Positions 52,469 through 62,462 of a DNA stretch of 64,000 nt are shown here, piece by piece (position 1 is the stretch's first letter; each line of letters begins with the position of its first letter). A model generated the notes under the pieces. It made no database searches. It was not told where the DNA came from and saw nothing but the letters and a program-made list of their open reading frames with translations. The position numbers were made by a program, and so were the translations under genes. Source of the DNA: Pirellulales bacterium (lineage in GTDB: Bacteria > Planctomycetota > Planctomycetia > Pirellulales > JAICIG01); assembly GCA_025927475.1 (NCBI GenBank), contig JAICLL010000005.1, forward strand, positions 21,219 to 85,218, read 5' to 3'.

Positions 52469-55212
52469 CGTGCGCGGAACGATCGTGTGCTCAACGCAAT
52501 GGCCCTCCGCACTACTCGCGGCCGGAGCAAACAGGCGGCCGCCCGTGCGATGCCGCGGACGCTCTTGAGTTGTTCGAGCACCCTCGTGCGTTGTGGTACG
52601 AATTGTTGAGGCTTTCCGAAATCGTGTTCGTGCCGCGCCTCAGGCATGCGAGGAGCGTCTTGAACACGAAGCATGCAATCGCGCAGGCCAGCCGTCAGCA
52701 TGATGGCGATGGCCCGTGTAACCGTTCGCGACGGAAACGATTGCAAATCGCGCCAGGCAGCGTCGGCGAGTTCATGTCCGCGCGCCAGCAATTGCGACCG
52801 CCACGGCTGCTCTGCATGACTCGCCGCCAGCCGCAGGACGTTCGCCTTGTGAAACTCCTGAGCGGCCCAGGTTTCGGTCGGATATTGCAATTGCTCTGGA
52901 CGGTCGAAATACCGGCGCTCATTTTGGAACATCCACCGAGCATAATGCACCAGGCTGGCCTGGGCGTAGCAGTACATTGGGTCCAGCTCGCCGGCTTCCG
53001 CTTTCAGGTCCAGATAGCGGGCCAGAGCTACGAAAAACAGCGTATAGCTCCAGCGTCGTTCGACATTCAACAAGTCGCCCGAGGCGATTTCGTCGGCCGG
53101 ATGGACCACACGGCGGATCAGCGTTTCCGCAACATTTAGGTAGCGGCGCTCGCCGGTTGCCAGCCAGCCGTCGAGCAAGACATTGACCGAGTTACCAGCG
53201 CCTCGGCCGGGGCCATGATACCCAGGCTCGCAGGTCCATGTCGCCGCGCCCGAAGGTCCCTTGTCAACCAACCCGAAAACGTTATTGCGTCCGTCGTCCA
53301 TTCGCACCACCCAGTCCGCCAGCCCGACAACCGCCTCGCGGGCCTGTCGATCGCCCGTCAGATAAAAATAGTGCAAGAGGCCCGTAGCATAGTTTTGTTC
53401 GCAGCACGGGCCTCCGCCGTACAGGCGCTCGGACGTGGCGTTGGCGCGCGAGAAGGTTCGGTGAGTGGCGGTCGCGGCGTCGAAATAGTGGTCGGTATGC
53501 CAGAACAATCCGCCGCTGTAAACCGCGCGATCTTGCGTGGTATGGTAAATATCGACGTCAATCACGTGCTGTGCCAGAGGCTTTGCCAACTCAATCCAGG
53601 CCCGGTTCTCAGACCGCAGCCAGTGCAACAACGCGCCATAAACAAAATCGTACTGATTGTTATAGTGCGAAATGACCGGTTTGGGCCCTGAATAATAGGC
53701 GTTCTCATGATCGGCATACACGTCGCCGTAGTTTCGCCAACCGTACTCGTCGATGATTTCGCGTTTTGCCAGCAGATTTTGCTCGCCGTCGATCGCGTCC
53801 CACAGCAGAGCCGGCAACCGTTCGTCGGGATCGTCGGTGGCGGGTAAAAAAGGCGTCAGAGCTTTGGTCTCCGCGGTCCAGCGTGGATCGGGCAGGCCCA
53901 CCGCCGGCGTATGCACCCACGCCAATGCGCCGGCCGTTGCGCGTAGGTCAGGCTTTCCAGTCTGACAAAAGCCGTCGCCAAACTCCGCCGCGGCGCCGAA
54001 TCGAAACCAGACCGTGTGCGTCTTCTGTTCGCCTCCTTGCAACTCGTGCAAGTCGTCCCACTCTCGCGGCCACAGCCCGACGCGAATTTGACCTGGTTCA
54101 GCGGACATCAATTTGGGAAACTGTTGCCAGAACTCTGGGACTGCCACCGCCGCCTGGAGCTTGTCGGCCGCCAAGACCATCGTCGGACTGGAGCGCAGCC
54201 CATGACGTTCGCCGCCGGAAGTCTGTTCGCGATAGCCGCGAAAACGGCACGGCACGCGCCTCTCGCGATTTACGTGATTGTGGCTGCGCCAGTTTTCGCC
54301 GCCACTCGAATCCTGATAAACCTCGACCTGCGAGTCCGCCACTTCGCGGACGTCCTCGTCCGGCTCACTCCGCCAGACCACTCGGCTGCCGCCACCCGGC
54401 AGGTCGAGCAACAATGAGAAATCGCGAAACAGAATCGAACCCGCGTCGCCAAGATCCCACAGTCCGCCGCGATGGCGGGCGCGGTTCGGGTTGTGCAGGG
54501 TCGGTCGCACGCGGACGAGTCCGCTGTCGGCGAAAAAGCAGAGCCGGCACTTCAGCCGGAGACCCCGGCACTTGGGAAACAAGGCCTCTAGATAAACCGT
54601 CGTTCGCACGGAGCCGATGGTTTCCAACATCGACCGCTCGACGACGGCCTCATGGGCGCGGCCCCGCGCATCCGTGAGCCGGGCGCGCAGCGAACCTAAC
54701 TCACGCCCCGCCGTTGTGGGACCTTCGATTGAAAGCAGGGGCGCCGTCCGACTGCGATTGATATGGTAGTCTAGCCCGCCTGCCGCGACGACGAACTCTG
54801 CGGCCGCCTCGCTTATGATTGTCACCGGTATTTTTGGCGCCGCAGGCGGTTCGAACTCGCTGACGCCGCCCCGGTTATCGCGTAGTCGAAACACCGACTT
54901 GGAGCCGACGTCGTATGGCAACAGAAAGTCGACCAGCAGCCATTGAACGCTTCCGTCGGACCATTTGGCCAATACCTCACATTGGGATGGTACATCCCGT
55001 CCCGCCGGGTCGACCAGCGCAACGGCGGTCTGATCGCGAAGCATCCCCTTGGGATAGGGAACGCCGACGACGACGGGCTGTCGCGTGGCCGTTGCAGTCC
55101 GCGAGGGCTTCACGATGATCGGCGCACCCCACGCGCCGCTTTCAGCAGAAGGTGTCGCGGCGATCTCTGCCGCGGAGTCCAATGCGGTATTCGATTCGTT
55201 CATGAGCCGCAT
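52465..55212 (-). CDS. large (~915 aa) hypothetical protein, possibly PcRGLX-like polysaccharide lyase/hydrolase
   Basis: N-terminal VVVGVPYPKGML..VALVDPAGRDVPSQCEVLAKWSDGSVQWLLVDF recalls the N-terminal barrel of exo-rhamnogalacturonan-lyase-like proteins. The central region looks helical-barrel-like. The assignment is weak. Start at ATG 55212, or 55203 (ATGA overlap with the asnB stop). Confidence 0.45.
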   Translation of the reverse strand: MRLMNESNTALDSAAEIAATPSAESGAWGAPIIVKPSRTATATRQPVVVGVPYPKGMLRDQTAVALVDPAGRDVPSQCEVLAKWSDGSVQWLLVDFLLPYDVGSKSVFRLRDNRGGVSEFEPPAAPKIPVTIISEAAAEFVVAAGGLDYHINRSRTAPLLSIEGPTTAGRELGSLRARLTDARGRAHEAVVERSMLETIGSVRTTVYLEALFPKCRGLRLKCRLCFFADSGLVRVRPTLHNPNRARHRGGLWDLGDAGSILFRDFSLLLDLPGGGSRVVWRSEPDEDVREVADSQVEVYQDSSGGENWRSHNHVNRERRVPCRFRGYREQTSGGERHGLRSSPTMVLAADKLQAAVAVPEFWQQFPKLMSAEPGQIRVGLWPREWDDLHELQGGEQKTHTVWFRFGAAAEFGDGFCQTGKPDLRATAGALAWVHTPAVGLPDPRWTAETKALTPFLPATDDPDERLPALLWDAIDGEQNLLAKREIIDEYGWRNYGDVYADHENAYYSGPKPVISHYNNQYDFVYGALLHWLRSENRAWIELAKPLAQHVIDVDIYHTTQDRAVYSGGLFWHTDHYFDAATATHRTFSRANATSERLYGGGPCCEQNYATGLLHYFYLTGDRQAREAVVGLADWVVRMDDGRNNVFGLVDKGPSGAATWTCEPGYHGPGRGAGNSVNVLLDGWLATGERRYLNVAETLIRRVVHPADEIASGDLLNVERRWSYTLFFVALARYLDLKAEAGELDPMYCYAQASLVHYARWMFQNERRYFDRPEQLQYPTETWAAQEFHKANVLRLAASHAEQPWRSQLLARGHELADAAWRDLQSFPSRTVTRAIAIMLTAGLRDCMLRVQDAPRMPEARHEHDFGKPQQFVPQRTRVLEQLKSVRGIARAAACLLRPRVVRRAIALSTRSFRAR

Positions 55213-57128
55213 GGCTGACACACCGGCGCCGGGCAATTCCCGGCTAAATAAACATCGGACCATCGCGCCAGCATCAAGGCGGCCCACAGCACGCCGCCAT
55301 GCCGACCGGTTTTGCTCAGATGCGCCCGATACAACCGCTCGACGGCAGGCTGGTCGATCAGGTCGGCCACACGCGCGGTCCGGCTGAGAACGCTGTCTTC
55401 AAACATCTCCCTCAACGGTCCGCGCAGCCACGCATCGACGGGAATCTCAAACCCGTGCTTGGCTCGCCACACCGCGTCGCGCGGCAGTGTTTTCGCGTAG
55501 GCGCGCTTCAAAAGCCACTTGGTTTCTCCGCGATGGACCTTGAACCGCGAAGGGATGCGGGCGGCGAGTTCCAGCACCTCGTGATCGATCAGCGGCGGAC
55601 GCACCTCCAGGCTACAGGCCATGCTGGCCCGATCGACCTTGGTCAAAAAAGCATCGGGCAGCAGCGTGGCGGTGTCGGCGGCCAGCATGCCCGACAGCAC
55701 GTCGCCGCGCGGAGCGCTGCCAAACGCGCCGGCAATCAACTCCTCGGCGCAGTGGCCGTTGAGCCGGGCTGCCATTGGCCGCGGCAGCAAATCGCGCCGC
55801 AGCGGCAGGCGGCACAACGCCAGACTGTTGGCGTAGGCGCGATCGGCGTCGAGCGAAAGATTGGTCAAGCGCGTTTTCGCGCGAAGCAATTGCGGCAACC
55901 AATCGGCCTTGGGCCACGCCGCGGCCAACGGCCCCAGGGCCCGCCGGCGAAACCAGCCGGGCAACCAGGCACGCATGGCCGCCTCGCTCAGATCGTGGGC
56001 ATACCGGGCATAGCCGCCAAACGCCTCGTCGCCCCCGTCGCCCGACAGCACCACCTTGACGCTACGGGCAGCCAGTCGCGACACCAGGTAGGTCGGCAAC
56101 GCCGATGAGTCGGCGAACGGCTCGTCGTAGTAGTACGCAAGTTCTTCGACGATCGCCGCGGCGTCGGGCGTGACGGTTTCTTCGCGGTGGCGCGTGCCCA
56201 ACGCCTCGGCCACTTGCCGCGCGTAAGGCAGCTCGCTGAACGCCGCTTCGCGAAATCCCATCGAAAACGTTTGCAACGGCCCGTGCGCCTCCTCCGCGGC
56301 ACAGGCGACCACCAAGCTCGAATCGAGTCCGCCGCTGAGGAACGCACCGACCGGCACGTCGGCCAGCAAGTGTTGCCGCACCGTCTCTGCCAGCTTGGCC
56401 CGGATGGCCTCCTGCCACTCGTCGGCGGTCGGCCGCAAATCCGGCTCGAAGCGAAGTTGCCAATAACGCCGCGGCCGTGCATCCCAATGTTCTTTGTCGA
56501 TGACCAGCGTGTGCGCTGGCCGCAGTTTTTCGAGCCGCCGAAAGATCGAGCGGTGGCCCGGCACGACGCCCAGGGCAAGGTAATCTTCGAGCGCCTCGGA
56601 ATCGATGTCGCGGTCGATGCCTGGATAAGCCAGGATGGCCTTAAGCTCGGAGCCAAACAGCAACTTCTCGCCGTCACGATAGACATAGAGCGGTTTGATC
56701 CCGACACGGTCACGGGCCAGTAGCAGTCGCCGCCGGCAAGCGTCCCAAAGGGCGAAAGCGAACATCCCGCGCAACCGCCCGACCAGTCGTTCGCTATGCT
56801 CCTCATACAGGTGAACCAACACCTCGGTGTCGCTCGAGGTGCGGAAGCGATGGCCCCGCGCGGCAAGCTCATCTCGCAGCTCGGGGTAATTGTAAATCTC
56901 GCCGTTGAAGACCACTTGAATCGAGTCGTCTTCGTTGCCTAGTGGTTGCTGGCCGCCCGACGGGTCGATGATCGACAAGCGGCGGTGCGCCAGCCCCACA
57001 CCGGGCGCGCTCCAGAAGCCCTCGGCGTCGGGACCGCGATGTGCGATGGTATCAGCCATCTGCTTGAGCACGGCGCGCTCGATGGGCCGCTCCCCGTCGC
57101 GATACAAGATGCCGGCTATACCACACAT
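55200..57128 (-). CDS. asnB: asparagine synthase (glutamine-hydrolysing) family amidotransferase
   Basis: N-terminal nucleophile MCGIAG and PP-loop FLSGGLDSS; 642 aa. Confidence 0.92.
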   Translation of the reverse strand: MCGIAGILYRDGERPIERAVLKQMADTIAHRGPDAEGFWSAPGVGLAHRRLSIIDPSGGQQPLGNEDDSIQVVFNGEIYNYPELRDELAARGHRFRTSSDTEVLVHLYEEHSERLVGRLRGMFAFALWDACRRRLLLARDRVGIKPLYVYRDGEKLLFGSELKAILAYPGIDRDIDSEALEDYLALGVVPGHRSIFRRLEKLRPAHTLVIDKEHWDARPRRYWQLRFEPDLRPTADEWQEAIRAKLAETVRQHLLADVPVGAFLSGGLDSSLVVACAAEEAHGPLQTFSMGFREAAFSELPYARQVAEALGTRHREETVTPDAAAIVEELAYYYDEPFADSSALPTYLVSRLAARSVKVVLSGDGGDEAFGGYARYAHDLSEAAMRAWLPGWFRRRALGPLAAAWPKADWLPQLLRAKTRLTNLSLDADRAYANSLALCRLPLRRDLLPRPMAARLNGHCAEELIAGAFGSAPRGDVLSGMLAADTATLLPDAFLTKVDRASMACSLEVRPPLIDHEVLELAARIPSRFKVHRGETKWLLKRAYAKTLPRDAVWRAKHGFEIPVDAWLRGPLREMFEDSVLSRTARVADLIDQPAVERLYRAHLSKTGRHGGVLWAALMLARWSDVYLAGNCPAPVCQPCGS

Positions 57129-57198
57129 AGGAATACTGCAGGCATCGGTTGCATTTTAGTTCGTGTTCGGAACCGCCGTGCCCCACCCCGCCGGCTTG

Positions 57199-58269
57199 TC
57201 AGAACTCCCAAAGCGCCTTCACATCCGACGGCTTTACATTGAGACAGTCGTAGAGCACGGGCACGCGTATGAACATCAGGACCACCAGCACGGTCACACA
57301 CACCGCCAGGTAGGCCATGAGCGCCTTCTCGCGATAAAGCTTTTCGGGATTCTGCACGGGGCTGTCCGGCTTTAGCGCTACGCGCAGATACCAGCCAAAG
57401 AAGCCAGCGATCAACGGCACCGACAAGACCAGCTCTAAGTGATAATGGATGATAAAAACGCCCAGAAACAAGCCGGCCGCCGCCGTGTAAAAAAACATGC
57501 TTACCAGCAATTTGTCGTCGTCGTAATGCTTGAACGACTTGCGGTATGCCCCGGCGTCGGTGGCCCGCGCAATCGACCTGTATTCGGCAAAACGCTTGCT
57601 GGCCATGAAGAATGCGCCGATCATCCAATAGAACAATACCAGCGATAGCGGCGGCACTTCCGCCCGAGTGACGGCAAACCAGCCCAGCAGCAACCGGATC
57701 GGGTTATTGACGGATTCGGTCAACACGTCGACGTACGGCAGGTCTTTCGACCGTACGGGCGGCACGTTATACACCAGACCCATGCCGAGCAACCAGGCCG
57801 CCGAACACAAAAACGGCACGTTCACCGCCGCCGCCATGGCCAGCCCAGCCACTCCCAGCGCGATCCATTCGAGATACGCCAGCGGCAGCCACACCTGTCC
57901 CGATGGAATGGGCCGCAGCCGCTTCAAGGGATGGCTCAGATCGGTCGGCGCGTCGAGGATCTCGTTGATCACGTAATTGCTCGACGCGATCACGCATGTC
58001 GCGGCGACGGCCCAGGCCAGGTGGCCGAGCATGCCGATCGAGACTAACTCGGGGTGATAAAAAACCGCCAGCACGAAGCCCAGCAGCATGAAGACGTTTT
58101 TGAACCAATGATCGGGGCGCGCGATCGCCGCATACAGTGATGCTTGCTGCCATACCCGGACCGCCACGCTGCACCGCGGGCTGGCGGAGGACGCTGCGTC
58201 TTGGGCGCCGATCGCGAGCGCTTCGGAACGCGTCTCCGGCAGAATGACGTTGTCAATCATGCCTTTCAT
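57199..58269 (-). CDS. UbiA-family prenyltransferase resembling decaprenyl-phosphate phosphoribosyltransferase
   Basis: NYVINEILDAPTDLSHPLKRLRPIPSG matches the N(D/E)xxDxxxDxxHPxKRxRPIxxG motif of DPPR synthases; ~9 TM helices. Confidence 0.75.
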   Translation of the reverse strand: MKGMIDNVILPETRSEALAIGAQDAASSASPRCSVAVRVWQQASLYAAIARPDHWFKNVFMLLGFVLAVFYHPELVSIGMLGHLAWAVAATCVIASSNYVINEILDAPTDLSHPLKRLRPIPSGQVWLPLAYLEWIALGVAGLAMAAAVNVPFLCSAAWLLGMGLVYNVPPVRSKDLPYVDVLTESVNNPIRLLLGWFAVTRAEVPPLSLVLFYWMIGAFFMASKRFAEYRSIARATDAGAYRKSFKHYDDDKLLVSMFFYTAAAGLFLGVFIIHYHLELVLSVPLIAGFFGWYLRVALKPDSPVQNPEKLYREKALMAYLAVCVTVLVVLMFIRVPVLYDCLNVKPSDVKALWEF

Positions 58270-58272
58270 GGT

Positions 58273-58827
58273 TCAATACCTTTCTCTAGCGTGTTCGTGT
58301 GACGTGTTCATGTTGTGCCTACGATTCGGATGCGGGACGCAGTTCGCCCGTCGCAAGACCCATCGTTCGAGCGGTCGCTTCAGTCTCGTGAACCAGGGTT
58401 CGGCGGGGCTGGTCGGAACGACGAGAATGGTGAACAAGCCGGCCCAGCGCCCCGCCATGATGTCGGCGAACACCTGGTCGCCGACGACCGCGGTGCGCCG
58501 CGGGTCGAGGCCCAGGTGGGCCACCGCTCGCCGGCAGCCAAAGGGAAGCGGTTTGAATGCTTTGGCGACGAAGGGCGCGCCCATGCTCGCCGCCAAGGGA
58601 GCAATGCGGCCTGCGCGGCCGTTCGAGAGAATACACAGGGTGATCCCCTCGGCTTGCAGTCGGCGCGCCCACTCGATCACTTCGTCGCCGACGGCCGCCG
58701 CATGGTAGTCTTTGAGCGTGCAATCCATATCGAGCAGCAGATGCTCGATCTCCAACTCGCGCAACCGCTGCGAAGTGAGGTCGACAATACGCGCTAGGCG
58801 GAGGTGCGGCATAATGAATTTCAGCAT
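58273..58827 (-). CDS. HAD-IIIA phosphatase (YqeG-like)
   Basis: LLLDMDCTL (DxDxT nucleophile motif), ..LSNG.., GDQVFADIMAG motif IV. Confidence 0.8.
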   Translation of the reverse strand: MLKFIMPHLRLARIVDLTSQRLRELEIEHLLLDMDCTLKDYHAAAVGDEVIEWARRLQAEGITLCILSNGRAGRIAPLAASMGAPFVAKAFKPLPFGCRRAVAHLGLDPRRTAVVGDQVFADIMAGRWAGLFTILVVPTSPAEPWFTRLKRPLERWVLRRANCVPHPNRRHNMNTSHEHARERY

Positions 58828-59429
58828 CGCGCCGATTCCTGTAAGCGACTTCCACGAAAGCCGATGTTCCGCGCCGGTACTCCGGCGACAATCTCATAAT
58901 CACGCACCGGCTTGGTGACGACGGCGCCGGCCGCGACCACCGCGTGCCGTCCCACGTCGGCCATGATCACCGCCCGGTCGCCGATCCAGGTGTCGCGGCC
59001 GACCGTCACCCGCGGCCAATGGCCCGGCTGCTCACGCACCGGAATGTCAAGCCGCTCAATGCCGTGCTGCCGGCTACCGTTCATTACCGACACGTGTGAA
59101 CCGACGAGCACGTCGGCTTCCAGTGTCACTGCGCCTAAGACGCAATAGGCTCCTATATAAACGTCACGTCCGATGCGGGCTGTCGGGTGCGAGATCACCG
59201 TGCCGAACGTAATGCAGGCGCCTTCACCGTACTCCCCGAGCGCAAGCTTATAGAATGCTTTCCGAAGATAAACTCCCATCAAGCCCGGCACCAGCGCGAA
59301 CGCTTGCGACCAACCGGCAAACGCTTGCTGCTTTCCGAGAATCGCCGCGCCGAACTGGTACACGAGCCAAGCGGGCAACATGAAGACGCCGGCTACAAAA
59401 TCTGCCGTTGTTTTCAGGACTGCTTTCAT
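58821..59429 (-). CDS. left-handed beta-helix (hexapeptide repeat) acyltransferase
   Basis: IGRDVYIGAYCVLG..VLVGSHVSV..IGDRAVIMADVG are hexapeptide repeats. The ATG at 59429 forms an ATGA overlap with the upstream stop. The ORF track extends to 59630. Confidence 0.82.
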   Translation of the reverse strand: MKAVLKTTADFVAGVFMLPAWLVYQFGAAILGKQQAFAGWSQAFALVPGLMGVYLRKAFYKLALGEYGEGACITFGTVISHPTARIGRDVYIGAYCVLGAVTLEADVLVGSHVSVMNGSRQHGIERLDIPVREQPGHWPRVTVGRDTWIGDRAVIMADVGRHAVVAAGAVVTKPVRDYEIVAGVPARNIGFRGSRLQESARC

Positions 59430-60631
59430 GTGGGTGCAGAAACGGCTGTGTGCTTGGTGACAGCGGTGCTGGTCACCCCCGCGAAGACTTGGGCCGCCTC
59501 GCGGGCCAACTCGGTCCAGCCAAAGTGCTCGATCGCCCATCGGCGTCCCGCGCGACCCATCGACTCGCACCGAGCAGGGTCGAGCAACAGATCTCCCACG
59601 GCGGACGCCAACGTCTCGGCCCGCGTGCAATCGACAATCAACCCCGTCTCGCCCACGCGCATCGTCTCCCGCGTTCCGCCCGAATCACCCGCAATCACCG
59701 GCTTTCCACAGGCTTGCGCCTCGACCAGCACCATGCCGAAACCTTCAATGTCGCCGCCCACTTCGCGATTGGGAAGTGCGAACAGGTCGCATTGTTGGTA
59801 ACACCGTACCAACGCATCATCATTCGGCTCTCCGCGAAACTGCACCGCGTCCGCGACGTCGTGTTCTTGCACCAACCGACGCAAGTACTCACTCTCATCG
59901 CCCGCGCCGATAATTGCGTAAAACACGTTGGGCACGCGGCGGCGAATGAGGGGCAGCGCGGAGATCAATTGGTCGTGTCCCTTGCGCCGTTGCAAACGGC
60001 CCACCGTAAGGACCACGCATCGCCCGCTCCATCCGAGCGCCGCCCTGACTCGCTCGTCGCGGCCGGCGGGCACAAAACGTTGCACGTCGGCCCCTGGATG
60101 AAGGACGCATACCTTCACGTCGGGCACGCGCCACTGCCGGGCGAGAAGCTGGCGAGAGTTCTCGCTGTTGCAGATCACAACCTCTGCCCCCCGCAGTACG
60201 CGCCGCACCATCCAGCTTAGCTCGCGGCTTTGCCCGTAGCAGTTGATGTCTTCACCGTGGACGTAGACGAGGTAGCGCAAGCCGTGCCGCCGTTTGATGC
60301 GCCATGCCAGCCATCCCTCGGGCAGCACCCTACCGGCATGAACGGCGTCAATTCGCTCATGCTTCAGTACGCCGCGCAACGACTGCAGCGCTCTACGATA
60401 CCCGCGCAAGCCCGACCAGCTCCTGAGCCCGTACTGCGACTGCTCAAGTGGCAATCGACACACGCGCATCTCGTGCGTCCGGTCGAAGGCTTCTTGTCCC
60501 TCATGTTCTCCGGCCGCCACGGCGACGGTCTGCGATGGCAGGCGGCGGTACAGCTCCCAGAACCAACGGCCGCTGCCGCCGTGCCTGGGAGGAAATATCT
60601 CACTCAAAAGCAGCGCCGCACCGTCGCTCAC
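59426..60631 (-). CDS. family 4 glycosyltransferase
   Basis: LLSEIFPPRHGGSGRW.. N-terminus and GFGMVLVEAQACGKPVIAGDSGGTRETM motif. Confidence 0.88.
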   Translation of the reverse strand: MSDGAALLLSEIFPPRHGGSGRWFWELYRRLPSQTVAVAAGEHEGQEAFDRTHEMRVCRLPLEQSQYGLRSWSGLRGYRRALQSLRGVLKHERIDAVHAGRVLPEGWLAWRIKRRHGLRYLVYVHGEDINCYGQSRELSWMVRRVLRGAEVVICNSENSRQLLARQWRVPDVKVCVLHPGADVQRFVPAGRDERVRAALGWSGRCVVLTVGRLQRRKGHDQLISALPLIRRRVPNVFYAIIGAGDESEYLRRLVQEHDVADAVQFRGEPNDDALVRCYQQCDLFALPNREVGGDIEGFGMVLVEAQACGKPVIAGDSGGTRETMRVGETGLIVDCTRAETLASAVGDLLLDPARCESMGRAGRRWAIEHFGWTELAREAAQVFAGVTSTAVTKHTAVSAPT

Positions 60632-61659
60632 GCCAACGCCTCGTAAATCTGGGTGTACGCGGTGATAAAATCATTCACGCCAAAACGGCGCTCGGCCAAC
60701 TGCCGCGCACAGCGTGAAGCGGTATTCCAGTCAGCGCGCAGCCGATCGATCGCCTCGATAATCTCTTCGACGCCGCCCTCGCAACAGATACCAGCCCCGG
60801 CCTCAGCGACTATCGTCGCCAATCCAACGTGCTGCGTCATGATGCCGGGGCGCCCGCAGGCCAGCCCTTCGATCAAGGAATTTGGCGCCGGTTTGCAGCG
60901 CCGGGGGTCGTTAAAGGGCAAGAATGTCGCATGCGCTGCGTGATAGTGCGCGGCCATATTCGCGAATCGGCCGACAAGTAGATCGATATTCTGCAATCCG
61001 CGTTCGTCGATTGAGCGTCGTACAGCCGGAAGGCTGTCGCCCCAGGGCCGCCACACCAAGCGAAATCGCACGTCCGCGCGTCGCTCGGCTACGTCCAATA
61101 ACAGCGGCATCCCGCGGGCATCCAGCCAATCGGCTCGGTCGGGGCTCGACGCAAACAGCACCGTGAATTTGCTGTCGGGAGCGACCGCCGGCTGAAACCG
61201 CTCGAGGTCCACCGCCGGTGGGATAAAGCGAATTCGATCACGTGGCACACCGAGGTTCAGTAGCGCGGCTTCTGCTTGCGGCCATTCGACGACAAACTGG
61301 TCGATCTTCGCCAACAGATCCGGCCGGGCTGTCTCGCCTTCGACAGCCACTGTCAAGACGGCAGGCCATCGGCGGATCGCCCGCAGGTGGAACCAATCTC
61401 CCACGCCGCCGAATAAATGGTTCAGATCGAAAAGCCGTTGCAGGCAACCTGTCACGGCACGAAAGGCAAGCTGCGTGCGAGGTGGAAAGCCAAAACCGCG
61501 TCGCCAGGAAAACCGCGGTGGCCGCCGCGCGTTCACGCCCCACACCACGCTGCCCGGAAACATTCGCCGCAGGCACGCCACTTCGCCGGCGACCGCTTCG
61601 ACGTCGGGCTCAAACGAGCTGGTCCAGTAAGCTATTCGCGGCGGCACGTAACGATCCAC
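60628..61659 (-). CDS. glycosyltransferase (GT-B, GT1/GT4-like)
   Basis: C-terminal ..PNSLIEGLACGRPGIMTQHVGLATIV.. is GT-B donor-binding-like. Lies in operon context with a 4-nt overlap. Confidence 0.7.
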   Translation of the reverse strand: MDRYVPPRIAYWTSSFEPDVEAVAGEVACLRRMFPGSVVWGVNARRPPRFSWRRGFGFPPRTQLAFRAVTGCLQRLFDLNHLFGGVGDWFHLRAIRRWPAVLTVAVEGETARPDLLAKIDQFVVEWPQAEAALLNLGVPRDRIRFIPPAVDLERFQPAVAPDSKFTVLFASSPDRADWLDARGMPLLLDVAERRADVRFRLVWRPWGDSLPAVRRSIDERGLQNIDLLVGRFANMAAHYHAAHATFLPFNDPRRCKPAPNSLIEGLACGRPGIMTQHVGLATIVAEAGAGICCEGGVEEIIEAIDRLRADWNTASRCARQLAERRFGVNDFITAYTQIYEALA

Positions 61660-62387
61660 TCCAAGGGCTCTTTATGGCTTAGACGCTCCAGCGCCTGAAT
61701 GGCCCAACGGCAGAACGTCCGGCTGCGCGGGCCCAACACCACTTGCACTCGAAATTGCGCGGAAAACCAGCGCTGCACGGGCAACACCTCAAACACCTTA
61801 AAACCCGACGCTGTTAACTCATGGCGTAGTTCTTCCTGGTCGCGGTACAGCTTGTCGTAAATCGGATATTGTTCCGGATTGGCATCGCGTAGCGGGCCTG
61901 ACACGCGCCCGTTTACAGCATCGACGACCATCCACCCGCCCGGCCGCAGCACGCCGCGTATTTGCTCGTATAGCCGCTGCCGATCGTCTCGCTTGAAATG
62001 CCGGATGAAGCGCAAACTGTAAACGAAATCAAACTCCTGCGTGAGGGGCAACTGAAACGCATTGCCGCGTAACCACCGAGCGGAAGAAGTACACCACCGG
62101 CGTCCTTCCTGGATCATCGACTCGTTGAACTCCAGGCACACCAGTTCGCCCGCTAGCTTCACATCGCGTGTAACGCGCGCCGGGCCTGGGGCAATCTCGA
62201 GCGTACGAACTGGCCGGCATCGACGCATCACGCGGTTTACCGCGCCAACCTGTGCTTCGTGCAGAAGCCGATTCAATTCGGATTCGAAGCGCTCTGCGAC
62301 ATATGAGCCGGCCACCCGGTCGCATTGGTACGCCTCTTGAAGTTCGGTTTCGCTGGCGAGCACTGTTCCCATATGCAAGTCAATCAA
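61632..62387 (-). CDS. class I SAM-dependent methyltransferase
   Basis: TLEIAPGPARVT motif I-like, LRPGGWMVVD motif-like; 251 aa. Confidence 0.7.
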   Translation of the reverse strand: MIDLHMGTVLASETELQEAYQCDRVAGSYVAERFESELNRLLHEAQVGAVNRVMRRCRPVRTLEIAPGPARVTRDVKLAGELVCLEFNESMIQEGRRWCTSSARWLRGNAFQLPLTQEFDFVYSLRFIRHFKRDDRQRLYEQIRGVLRPGGWMVVDAVNGRVSGPLRDANPEQYPIYDKLYRDQEELRHELTASGFKVFEVLPVQRWFSAQFRVQVVLGPRSRTFCRWAIQALERLSHKEPLEWIVTCRRE

Positions 62388-62462
62388 TCAAATGAGCGTG
62401 GCACTAGCCCGCTTCAGGACGCCCCATGCGATCAATCGGCGTCATTAGTTGCTCGACGCGGT

